From: Actinomycetota bacterium
Lineage (GTDB): Bacteria; Actinomycetota; Actinomycetes; Mycobacteriales; JACQDL01
Length of the DNA stretch: 64,000 nt
Assembly: GCA_016201065.1 (NCBI GenBank)
Contig: JACQDL010000011.1
Span: forward strand, 13,772-77,771
Direction of reading: 5' to 3'
The notes beneath the pieces are model-generated. The model saw nothing but the letters and a program-made list of their open reading frames with translations, was not told the origin of the DNA and searched no databases. Of this stretch, positions 1-8,141 are shown piece after piece. Made by a program: the position numbers and the translations under genes. Positions within the stretch are counted from its first letter, which is position 1. Each line of letters opens with the position of its first letter.

Positions 1-187
1 CGGGCACCCACAGTGAGCACCATGCCGTCAATCCGCAGGTGGTCGCCCAGGATCGCGGCGGCCAGCAGCACCCCCGCCAACCCGACCCCCACCGTCTTGG
101 GATGCAACAGGGTGCGGTCGCGCTCGTGGGCCAACAGCCAGAACTCCGCCACCACACCCAGGGCGGGTGGGCCACCCCTGGTGGAGG

Positions 188-622
188 TCACCGCCGCCTC
201 CCGGCCGGCCGGGAGCGTCCCGACGTTGATGGTGTGGTGGACCCACCGGGGCGTGGCAGGCCCACCACACTGTCACCCGCGACCCGGAGCCCCTTGGCGT
301 CCGGACCCGGGGAGTCACTCTGCATATCCGCCACCGGACCTGCCGGCTGGGGGTAGCGCGCCTGGGGTGGGCAGGTCAGCGGTTGCCGGCACACCGGGCA
401 GTCACACCACGACAACCCCACCAGCCCCGGCGGGATACCCAACCCGCAGGTGACACGGACCAGGACCGCATACGACCCGATCCGACGCCGCCCACGACTG
501 ATCTCCTCGACCTCCGGCGACGTCTGCCCGGTCAGGTCCGCAATCATCTGCCGGCTGTAGCCCCACCGCCGCAGCGCCCGATACACCGCACCAAAATCGT
601 GCCCGGCCAACGCCACCCGCAT
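188..622 (-). CDS. Putative XRE-type helix-turn-helix protein
   Basis: ORF 188..694. The internal Met at 622 gives MRVALAGHDFGAVYRALRRWGYSRQMIADLTGQTSPEVEEISRGRRRIGSYAVLVRVTCGLGIPPGLVGL, an HTH pattern typical of actinomycete XRE regulators. The C-terminal half is low complexity, so the extent is uncertain. Confidence 0.4.
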   Translation of the reverse strand: MRVALAGHDFGAVYRALRRWGYSRQMIADLTGQTSPEVEEISRGRRRIGSYAVLVRVTCGLGIPPGLVGLSWCDCPVCRQPLTCPPQARYPQPAGPVADMQSDSPGPDAKGLRVAGDSVVGLPRPGGSTTPSTSGRSRPAGRRR

Positions 623-748
623 CTCCGGCTCCTCCCACACCGACACGGGAGGACACCGGGGTGCGGTGCTACGGATACGCCGCTGGTCAGGCACCGGTCA
701 CCACCCACACCAATGGCGTGCGCGGACGCCACCTGACGGGAAGGACGG

Positions 749-961
749 TCACTGGATCCCACCCTCAGCGGGAAGCAGCACAGCGCGGACCTCGCGCGGC
801 GTCATGTGCAAGCCGTACGCGATGACGAACACCGACTCACCGGTTGTGTGGCGGGCCACGATCCGTTCGGCGACCTCCGGCGCGATCACCACCCGACCCG
901 GCGGAACCCGGTCCGGTGCCCGCCCGTGCTGGACCTGGGGTGGTGTCAAGTCCTCACCCAC
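749..961 (-). CDS. Small hypothetical protein (possible DNA-binding)
   Basis: 70-aa ORF directly upstream of and co-oriented with the 188..622 HTH ORF. No recognisable motif; called on position only. Confidence 0.25.
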   Translation of the reverse strand: MGEDLTPPQVQHGRAPDRVPPGRVVIAPEVAERIVARHTTGESVFVIAYGLHMTPREVRAVLLPAEGGIQ

Positions 962-1388
962 GCTGTCTCCTCACGTACCTGCGACCTCGTCCGCATGCCG
1001 GACGTCGGCGTGATCGTGGGGCGACCGCGTGTTCTGGGTTCGCCTCACGGTGCGTGTACTGGCCGGAAGTGTTGTTCGTGGACCAACGCCGCCGACATGG
1101 CGGGAAGGAGCCGTTGAACGGACCTATGGAGGCCATTTCGACAAGGATCTCGGCCACCTCGCTGCCTCCGCTCGCTGAGTCGATGGGCGGTACCCGGCGG
1201 TGGTGCCGCATGTGGGGAAGATCAATCCAGTTGTTGCCCGGTCCACGGCGGGTTGCCCCGAGTCGTGCGGTGTTGCGTGTTGCGTGACTACTGTGCAGCG
1301 GGGAGGCTGACCCACAGCAGGGCGCACAGGGGGGCGCATTTGTGCGTGGCCACGCCCACGTGCGCCTACCCCGACGAATAGGTGCCCG

Positions 1389-2744
1389 ATGACAACCAGC
1401 CGGCCCGGCGGCAACGACAGGCTCCGCCAGGCGATGCACGCGGCAGGCCTGTCGAACAAAGCCCTCGCACGGGCGGTACGACAGCTCGCCGCCCGGCACG
1501 GGGACCATCTGGCCACCGATCACACCACCGTCGCCCGCTGGTTGACCGGCACCAACCCACGCGAAAGCACCCTGGACTACATCCTTGAGGCCATCTCTGC
1601 GAGGCTGGGCACACCGCTGGACGCCGAGGACCTCGGCTTCCTCGTAGCCGAACGCGTCGCGGCCGACCTAGGGCTGCGGTACCTGCCGTCGCTGCACGAT
1701 TCGATCGGTGTGCTCGCGGAGCTCACCCGCCTGGACGCCACACAGCACCCCACCATCAGTGCCAGCACCTACTCAGCCGACGCGGTGCACGCCCTCTGCC
1801 TGGACTGGCTGTTCGGCGAGTCCACGAACGATCTCAACGAGAACCACAAGCCGGTTCGGGCTACGGACGTTGACGAACTGCGGATGATGACCGCGACGTT
1901 CGACCACCTCGACCGTCGGGGCGCCGGCGAAGAACACCGACAACTGGCGGTGCGCTACCTGCACGACATCGTGGTACCGAAACTGGGAAGGGCTGCCACC
2001 GACCCGGCTGGTCGCGACTTCCTCCAGGCGACCGCGATCCTGTGCGAACTCATCGGCTGGATGGCCTTCGACACCCTCCACCACGCGACCGCGCAACGCT
2101 ACTTCTCACAAGCCATCAGGTTCGCCGAGGCCGCCGGCGATCAGGGCTACGCGGCGTTCGCGGTGGCGAGCATGGCCGACCAGGCCCTTTTCGTCGGCCA
2201 ACCCACGCAGGCACTACGCCTCGCGCAGGTCGCTGGCGACCGAAGCGGACGCACCGGCCACCCAGTCACCACGACCGAGGCGCATGTGCTCCGGGCCCGC
2301 GCGTACGCCACGCTCGGCGAGGTCAAGTCCTGTTCAAGGGCGCTCACCCGTGCCGAGCGCACCTTCAACCAACTCGACGGCACCGACCACCCGACTTGGG
2401 CAGCCCACTGGACCGAGTACGTCCTGTCCAGCCACGCGGGCACCTGCTGGACCGATCTCGGGCAGGTCGACGAAGCCAGCCGGCAGATCGGGTTCGCGTG
2501 GCGGGCCGCTCAGCACCAACCCCGCCGCCTCGTCTACAACACGGTCCAACTCGGTCGTATCGCGTTACTGCGTCACGACGTGGAGGAAGCCTGTCACTAC
2601 CTCGGCCTCGCCGAGGAGAACAACAACGACCTCCTGTCCGAACGGTCCGCCTGGCACGTCACCCGGCTGCGCGACACGCTCACCACCGACCACGGCGGTC
2701 ACACCGCGGTGCGGCAACTCAGGGCCACGACCCCGCAGCCGTGA
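1389..2744 (+). CDS. HTH transcriptional regulator with C-terminal TPR-like helical repeat domain
   Basis: 451-aa ORF. N-terminal HTH (LRQAMHAAGLSNKALARAV...HTTVARWLTG). The C-terminal region is helical-repeat-like (YFSQAIRFAEAAGDQGYAAFAVASMADQALFVGQ..., LRARAYATLGEV...). The N-terminus resembles that of ORF 3792. Confidence 0.7.
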   Translation: MTTSRPGGNDRLRQAMHAAGLSNKALARAVRQLAARHGDHLATDHTTVARWLTGTNPRESTLDYILEAISARLGTPLDAEDLGFLVAERVAADLGLRYLPSLHDSIGVLAELTRLDATQHPTISASTYSADAVHALCLDWLFGESTNDLNENHKPVRATDVDELRMMTATFDHLDRRGAGEEHRQLAVRYLHDIVVPKLGRAATDPAGRDFLQATAILCELIGWMAFDTLHHATAQRYFSQAIRFAEAAGDQGYAAFAVASMADQALFVGQPTQALRLAQVAGDRSGRTGHPVTTTEAHVLRARAYATLGEVKSCSRALTRAERTFNQLDGTDHPTWAAHWTEYVLSSHAGTCWTDLGQVDEASRQIGFAWRAAQHQPRRLVYNTVQLGRIALLRHDVEEACHYLGLAEENNNDLLSERSAWHVTRLRDTLTTDHGGHTAVRQLRATTPQP

Positions 2745-2791
2745 ACAGGTGAGCCACCCGGGCACGCGGTGCGCCGTAGTACCGTGACCTG

Positions 2792-3328
2792 GTGAGCTTG
2801 GCCGAGGACCTGCTGGCCGACGGCGAGCCGGAGAAGGAACACCACGCAGGGATCGCCACCCGGCAACCCCGCAAGCGGGTCGCTGGCGGTGCCCTCATCC
2901 ACGACGGCTCCGGTCGGTTGCTGTTCGTGATCCCCAATTACAAGCCCGGCCTGGAGATCCCTGGTGGCATGGCCGAGGAGAACGAGTCACCAGCCGCCGC
3001 GTGCCGCAGAGAAATCCGTGAAGAACTCGGGCTTGAACTCGACATCGGCGAACTCCTCGTCGTCGACTGGCTCCCCGCCCACGGCGTCTGGCCCGACGGG
3101 CTCATGTTCCTCTTCAACGGCGGCGTGATCGACAGTGTTGCCGCCCCAGGTATCGCCGCGAGGGATCCCGAGCTCGACGGGACCGTCTTCATGCACCTCG
3201 CCGACGCGGCCCCCCGTCTGCGACCCTCCATGATGCGTCGCCTCACCACCGCACTCGACGCCCTCCGTGACGGACGTCCCCGCTACGCCGAATTCGGGCG
3301 GAGCGGCCTGACCCAGCCAACCGAGTGA
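2792..3328 (+). CDS. NUDIX hydrolase
   Basis: Nudix box GX5EX7REUXEEXGU seen as GGMAEENESPAAACRREIREELGL. 178 aa, GTG start. Confidence 0.85.
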   Translation: MSLAEDLLADGEPEKEHHAGIATRQPRKRVAGGALIHDGSGRLLFVIPNYKPGLEIPGGMAEENESPAAACRREIREELGLELDIGELLVVDWLPAHGVWPDGLMFLFNGGVIDSVAAPGIAARDPELDGTVFMHLADAAPRLRPSMMRRLTTALDALRDGRPRYAEFGRSGLTQPTE

Positions 3329-3791
3329 CGCTCCAAGATCATCGCCGCCAGGTGCCACAGCCACCGGGACGCATCTGCCGGTAGGTCGGCCACCGACGCC
3401 CGGGGCGGTCGTGCCGCATGCCGGGCCACGATGCGCGCGGGTCGCCACAGATGCGTCCGTCCGACCGCCAGGTCAGGCGCCGGCATCAGGCCGTGCCCTT
3501 GGTAGCCGCACCAGCCGAGACCGAGACGCCGCAAGGGTGCGAGCAGTAATTCGGTGGGGTGGAAGTCCTCACGGACTCGCGCACGGATCGGACAAATTGC
3601 CGTACGGTGCCGCGACCCTCGCGCCGATGCGTTGACCTTTTCAATGACACGCACCGGACATTGACCGGTCGTGTGCCGGACGTTGGAGGAGTCCGTCCCG
3701 GTTCCGTGGAAGCCGGTGACCGTGTGGTCCGGTTCGGTGGTCGTACCGTTCTCGCGCCCACGGGACCGGACCAACCCATGAGGAGGGGTGA

Positions 3792-4267
3792 ATGAGCGGA
3801 CCGGTGTCGTATACCACCCGTTTGGCCACCCTTCTCGCCGGTCGACATCAGACCCGTGAAGAGGTCCTGGCGGATTTCCACGAGTGCGCCCGGCAACTCG
3901 CCGGGGCGGCGACCCTGTCGCTGCGGCAGTTGGATCGGTGGCTGGCCGGGAGGATGACCGGCCTGCCCCGACCCACCGCCTGCCGGGTGGCCGAGGCCAT
4001 GTGGGGCGAGCCGATTCAACACCTGCTCGCGCCCCCGGAGCCCGAACCGTCGATCCACCCGGCCCCCCGGGTGTTGGACCGTTCGCGGAGCGGCCTGCCC
4101 TCCGGGCTGCTGCCGTTGACCCCGAGCTGGTGCCGCGCTGGCACAAGCTCGGGGTGTTCGCCGTGTCGGAGAACCTGTTCGGGCCGCAGCACCCGACCAG
4201 CACCGTCATGCGGGAGCTGGCCGTCATCCGCATTGAGTCGACCGCGATGTGCAGGAACTCGTCATGA
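3792..4267 (+). pseudogene. Truncated/frameshifted HTH regulator remnant (paralog of the N-terminus of the 1389..2744 protein)
   Basis: Strong SD (gaggagggg) lies before ATG 3792. The first ~85 aa look like an HTH (LSLRQLDRWLAGRMTGLPRPTACRVAEAMWG). The frame then degrades, and protein-like sequence continues in the frame of ORF 3884..4267 (AVDPELVPRWHKLGVFAVSENLFGPQHPTSTVMRELAVIRIE). It ends convergently against the E1 gene. Confidence 0.35.
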
Positions 4268-5737
4268 CGTGGAGTGTCGGTTGCGCCGTGCGCGGACGTC
4301 TTGGATGAGTTTGGCGTCGGTTTGACAGGTGCAGTTGTGTCTTGCGTTTCTTTTCTGGACCATGCCTGGCTGCGGTCCGTACAGGGTATCGTATTCGATG
4401 TCTCGGGAGATTGATTCTGGATGGGTGTTGTGTCGGATCAGGGCGCCGACAACGAGGGCTGCAGCTTGTTGCGCGGCGAAGACGATCGATGGCCGGAACT
4501 GCCCGGGATCTGGTCGAGCGGTGAGATCAAGAGCGCGAGCCAAGCCGCACACGGGTCGCCCTAGGTGGGCAGAGAGCAACCGCCGGCTGTTGGGCGACAG
4601 TTCACGGAGGTCATCCTTGGTGAGGGGTAGGTCGCCTCGGGCAATCCGGTCGAGGCGAAGTCCGGTAGCCTGGGCGAGGAGTTGTTCCGCCGATTGTCCT
4701 TTGCTGGATGGCTGTTGCGGGTAGTAGCAGCGCAGGCATGGCCCTGCAAAGGTTGCCTCGGAAAGGCCCACGGTGGTGCCAACGTTTCCGCCGGTGCTGC
4801 CGTCCAGAACCAAGTTGGCGTGCAGTCGGGCGATCTCGTGTCGCGCGTGGATGCTGTCGACCGCCCCGAGGACGGTCCGAGGTGGGGGCTCGTTGCCATT
4901 GTCGACTAGATTGAGGTATTCCAGAGCTCTGATCGGGTGGCGCCGGACGTCTATCCCCGGTAGGTGCTGGACGAGAATGTCCACTTTCGGAAGTCGCTTG
5001 GCTGCGGCGGCGAGGTCGCCGAGACTGTAGGTCGCGACATTCGGTTCCTCGAAGGATTCGGGATCCACGACAGCGAGGGTCCCAGTCGCAGATAGTTCGC
5101 GAAGGATCAACGCGACGGCGGTGCCGATGGCGCCAGCTCCGATAAGAACATGATGATCGAGAATCGATATTTCCGCGGCGACTCCCGGTTCGGCGAGAGT
5201 GACGGGGCATAGGTCGATGCGGTCCCGTTTGACGTGCCGGTTGGGCGCGAGGTCGATGATCTCCTTGAATACCTCCGCGGCGAGGACGGCGGCGGTGTAG
5301 ACCGACCCCAGTCCGGTGCCGCGGTGAACGGTTGGGAAGGGGTGGCCGGCCCGGCGCAGTCGCACACCGTGGCCGTCGGGAACACCGCTGATGCCAGCGC
5401 CTAAGGGCGTGGTCCCGACGTGGACGTGTAGGTCGGTGCCGGTACTGCGCCCGAACTGGAGTGGGCGGTCAGGGTCGATGCCGGCGGCAAGTGCGGCAAG
5501 GTCGTCCAAGACCGCTCCACGAAGGTTGGAAGCGCGCGGATCGAGGCGCACGGTGATCGGGAGCCGGCGAAGGTTGCCTATCAGGACCTGCAGACATGAC
5601 AGCTGTCCTGGATCCGCAGTAACACAGACGGTCGTGGATTTCAATCGCTCCTGTACATTGGAGGGCCGGTAGGTGCCTTGTGTGGCCAGCCGTAGCGGGC
5701 GACTGTAGTCAGTGGGCACGTACACCGCCCGCGTCAA
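4262..5737 (-). CDS. E1-like ThiF/MoeB-family adenylyltransferase (BilD-like)
   Basis: Rossmann nucleotide loop HHVLIGAGAIGTAVA. ThiF-like core with cysteine pairs GPCLRC and CTC. ~490 aa with an extra N-terminal domain. Last gene of the overlapping Ubl-E2-JAB-E1 operon. The annotated start is TTG at 5737; alternative GTG starts are at 5725 and 5719. Confidence 0.85.
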   Translation of the reverse strand: MTRAVYVPTDYSRPLRLATQGTYRPSNVQERLKSTTVCVTADPGQLSCLQVLIGNLRRLPITVRLDPRASNLRGAVLDDLAALAAGIDPDRPLQFGRSTGTDLHVHVGTTPLGAGISGVPDGHGVRLRRAGHPFPTVHRGTGLGSVYTAAVLAAEVFKEIIDLAPNRHVKRDRIDLCPVTLAEPGVAAEISILDHHVLIGAGAIGTAVALILRELSATGTLAVVDPESFEEPNVATYSLGDLAAAAKRLPKVDILVQHLPGIDVRRHPIRALEYLNLVDNGNEPPPRTVLGAVDSIHARHEIARLHANLVLDGSTGGNVGTTVGLSEATFAGPCLRCYYPQQPSSKGQSAEQLLAQATGLRLDRIARGDLPLTKDDLRELSPNSRRLLSAHLGRPVCGLARALDLTARPDPGQFRPSIVFAAQQAAALVVGALIRHNTHPESISRDIEYDTLYGPQPGMVQKRNARHNCTCQTDAKLIQDVRARRNRHSTS

Positions 5738-6194
5738 CGGTCAGGACGGCGACCGGACCGTCTATCAGAGTTGCCGATGGTGACGGGGCCCAGTCGGATC
5801 CGGTGAACGCCCACCATCCCCAGGAGGCCGGGTCGCCTGGCGGGCTTGCGAAGTCCGGGACGACCGCGGCGAGGAATCCACGCATTCGGATGCATCCTCG
5901 CCGGTCGGTCTCAGACAAGAACGCGGTCCGGGCGTGTGAGTGGAGGTGGGCGCGGACTTGGAGCTGGTGTTCCTCGGCGTAGGTGAACAGTCGGTCCAAT
6001 ACGGGCATGGCGAGGTGGAACTGGTCACGGCGCCTAGTGATTCCGGCGGTGCCGGCGAGTGCGACGGCGGTGACCTGCAGACCGCCGGGAGCGGTCATGA
6101 GCAGTGCCCCGGTCTCCAGTCCTAGCTCGCCGTAGCAGCGGATGTGCTCGGCGATGGCCGCTGTCGCCCCGCGCGGCAGGTCGAGGCGGCTCAT
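5709..6194 (-). CDS. JAB/MPN (JAMM) metalloprotease, deubiquitinase-like (BilC-like)
   Basis: JAMM motif HxHx7Sx2D seen as HLHSHARTAFLSETD, with an upstream Glu (LGLETGALL). 161 aa. The ATG overlaps the E2 stop (ATGA at 6191-6194). Confidence 0.85.
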   Translation of the reverse strand: MSRLDLPRGATAAIAEHIRCYGELGLETGALLMTAPGGLQVTAVALAGTAGITRRRDQFHLAMPVLDRLFTYAEEHQLQVRAHLHSHARTAFLSETDRRGCIRMRGFLAAVVPDFASPPGDPASWGWWAFTGSDWAPSPSATLIDGPVAVLTVDAGGVRAH

Positions 6195-6625
6195 GCTGCG
6201 CGTCGTCCTCCGGCCCGGTGGATGTCAGCGTGGAGGTTCTCCACCACGAAGAGGAAGGGGTTGCCAGTAGTTCGCCATACGTGTGGGCCGGACCGCCACT
6301 CGGGGTGCAGCCCTTGACCTTCGGCGGTGAACGGCTTGCACACATCGGTGGGCGCCCGATAACCCGGCGCCGACGGCCACGCCGAGGTATCGGTGGTAGC
6401 ACCGCCCGCCTCGACTGCGAATAGAACCGAGGGTGGCAGGTCGGGATAGAGGTTCCAGGCGATCCGGGCAACGAACGACGCGTGGCCATCGGGTCCGGCG
6501 ATCATCACCCAGTACAACCCGTCGGGGTCGCTGTCTCTGAGCACCAACCGTCCGCCGGCCCCGGCCAGGAAGTCCGCGACCTGGGTGGCATCCCGGTTCA
6601 GGCGCAGCTGGCTCTCCAGATCCAT
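6191..6625 (-). CDS. Prokaryotic E2/UBC-like protein (BilB-like)
   Basis: 144 aa, located between the Ubl and JAB genes. Candidate catalytic Cys in APTDVCKPF, followed by HPEW. An SD-like AGGTGA lies 7 nt upstream of the ATG. Confidence 0.7.
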   Translation of the reverse strand: MDLESQLRLNRDATQVADFLAGAGGRLVLRDSDPDGLYWVMIAGPDGHASFVARIAWNLYPDLPPSVLFAVEAGGATTDTSAWPSAPGYRAPTDVCKPFTAEGQGLHPEWRSGPHVWRTTGNPFLFVVENLHADIHRAGGRRAA

Positions 6626-6632
6626 GCCTACG

Positions 6633-6923
6633 TCACCTGGATCCAGAGATGGTCTCGGTCCGCAGCGCCAGTTTCACTTGGTGGCCGTGGCCGTGACCAC
6701 CTCTCAGGTCATCCAGAAATGTCCCGGCATCGACCTCGCTGCCGTCATGGAGCAGGTAGTACCGGGTCGTACCGTCGGCCGCAATCCCGAAGGCGGCCAG
6801 GGCGTCCGACAACACCTGTCCAACGGTCGTGGCCTTCGGGTACTCGTGCTCGTAGGGCCTGGCGGCTGCGGCGAAGGTGACGACCACCTCGACGTGGTGC
6901 TCTTCGTGGGCCTGCAGGGACAT
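6633..6923 (-). CDS. Ubiquitin-like beta-grasp protein (BilA-like / multiubiquitin-type, single domain)
   Basis: 96 aa, first gene of the operon, with strong SD ggaaggag. The pattern HVEVVVT...TTVGQVLSDALAAFGI...YYLLHDGSEVD...QVKLAL is typical of prokaryotic Ubl domains. The C-terminus is ...TETISGSR, with Gly two residues before the end. Confidence 0.65.
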   Translation of the reverse strand: MSLQAHEEHHVEVVVTFAAAARPYEHEYPKATTVGQVLSDALAAFGIAADGTTRYYLLHDGSEVDAGTFLDDLRGGHGHGHQVKLALRTETISGSR

Positions 6924-6940
6924 ATGACTCCTTCCGAGGG

Positions 6941-7031
6941 GCCGACAGCGTCGGCACTACTGCATCAGCGAAGTTGCAACGACACTTTGGCACGACGATC
7001 TGTTGCACGCAAGCGGCGCCGCACGTACTGT
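6941..7031. promoter_or_regulatory. Divergent promoter/operator region between the Ubl operon and the XRE gene
   Basis: Palindrome GCCGAC-agc-GTCGGC at 6941-6955. GTTGCAAC palindrome at 6973-6980. GTTGCACGCAA (TTGC-N2-GCAA) at 7002-7012. On the plus strand, -35 TTGCAC (7003-7008), a 17-nt spacer and -10 TACTGT (7026-7031) end 6 nt before ATG 7038, which suggests a leaderless transcript. Confidence 0.35.
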
Positions 7032-7037
7032 GCGTTC

Positions 7038-7562
7038 ATGCCGGTGGAGGGCACCGACGGGACGTCAGCAGACGACCGCGATGACTGGGTCGGGGAGGTG
7101 GAGCGCCTCGACATCGGTGCGCTCGGGCAGATGCTGCGTGAGCGCCGGGCGGGGCTTTCTATCCGGCAGGCCGCTCGGGACGCCGGGGTGAGCTTCAGCA
7201 CCTTCGCCCGGGTCGAAGGCGGCGCGCAGCCAGATCTGGCGACGTTCGCGAGACTGTGCGCCTGGCTGGGGGTGTCCCCGGCGAGGTTCTTCACCCCAGT
7301 CGTGGAGCGTGAGACATCTCCATTGGAGGACGCCATCACGCACCTGACGGGCGACCCCCGGTTGTCTGCGGTTACGGCGGGCAGGATCGCAGGAGTGTTG
7401 CGGGACATGTACGAGGCGCTCGCCCGTGACGCCGCACCACAGCCGATCATCGCCTGTCACCTCCGGGCTGCACCCCTCCTCCGCCCCGGGGTCGCCCCGC
7501 GCTTGGCTGCTCTCCTCACAGATCTGCATGACGAACTCCAGCGGCAGGTCGAGGCGCGGTAG
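7038..7562 (+). CDS. XRE-family HTH transcriptional repressor (CapH-like)
   Basis: Internal ATG at 7038 of ORF 6585..7562. HTH seen as LGQMLRERRAGLSIRQAARDAGVSFSTFARVEGG. Lies immediately upstream of an ImmA/IrrE peptidase gene (3-nt gap). Confidence 0.8.
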   Translation: MPVEGTDGTSADDRDDWVGEVERLDIGALGQMLRERRAGLSIRQAARDAGVSFSTFARVEGGAQPDLATFARLCAWLGVSPARFFTPVVERETSPLEDAITHLTGDPRLSAVTAGRIAGVLRDMYEALARDAAPQPIIACHLRAAPLLRPGVAPRLAALLTDLHDELQRQVEAR

Positions 7563-7564
7563 CT

Positions 7565-8122
7565 GTGACCCTCCCCCGAGGCTTCAAGGCCACTGCTGAG
7601 CGTGAAGCGACTCGTATCCGCCACGAAATGGGCGTATCAGAGGGTGACCCGGTCAATATCCTGTCCGTTGCGGAGCACGTCCAGGCCATAGTGGTGGGCG
7701 CCGACCGGCTGGTCGCCATCGAACGACTCGAAGAACTAGAGCGTCTTCAGGCATACGCTTTCTCGGCCGCAACATTCGACGTCAAGGGCAAGTCATACAT
7801 CGTCACCAATCCGCTCAGGTCTCGAGGGCGCCTAGCCAGCGACGTCGCCCACGAGATCGCGCACCTGCTCCTGCAACACGACCTCACTGAGATCCGCGAG
7901 ATCGAGGGCGTCCCATTTCGTACGTGCCGGCCAGATGAGGAAGAGCAGGCCACAGTGTTCGGCGGAACCCTCTTGTTGCCACGTCCCTTGCTCCTCAATG
8001 CCGCCAGGCGCGGCCTGGGTCCCGAACAGATCGCCGTCGCCTATGGTGTCACCACCGAAATGGCCCGATTTCGGTATACCACCACCGGCGTAGCCAAACA
8101 GGTTCTCCGCCGACCGCGGTAA
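7565..8122 (+). CDS. ImmA/IrrE-family zinc metallopeptidase (CapP-like)
   Basis: HExxH motif in VAHEIAHLLLQHDL. 185 aa. Paired with the upstream XRE gene. Confidence 0.85.
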   Translation: MTLPRGFKATAEREATRIRHEMGVSEGDPVNILSVAEHVQAIVVGADRLVAIERLEELERLQAYAFSAATFDVKGKSYIVTNPLRSRGRLASDVAHEIAHLLLQHDLTEIREIEGVPFRTCRPDEEEQATVFGGTLLLPRPLLLNAARRGLGPEQIAVAYGVTTEMARFRYTTTGVAKQVLRRPR

Positions 8123-8141
8123 TTACCCCACATGCTGCAAG

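Noticed and set aside
1272-1286. Tandem GTTGCGT GTTGCGT ~100 bp upstream of the HTH-TPR gene. It shares the heptamer TTGCGTG with the reverse complement of the 7002-7012 site in the Ubl-operon promoter region.
   Set aside because: A 7-mer match is expected by chance several times in 64 kb on both strands. There is no palindromic context at 1272-1286, so the evidence is insufficient to link the two loci.
3283-4233. 316-aa minus-strand ORF. Its C-terminal part contains EDFHPTELLL...LGWCGYQGHGLMPAPDLAV, faintly reminiscent of the aminoglycoside-phosphotransferase HGDxHPxN...DW...DLA motifs.
   Set aside because: - Only a short, imperfect motif resemblance (the catalytic HGD is RED).
- The N-terminal 200 aa are Arg/Pro/Gly-rich GC-artefact-like sequence.
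- It overlaps the well-supported SD-preceded ORF at 3792 and the Nudix 3' end.
- At most it is a decayed remnant and cannot be supported without a search.
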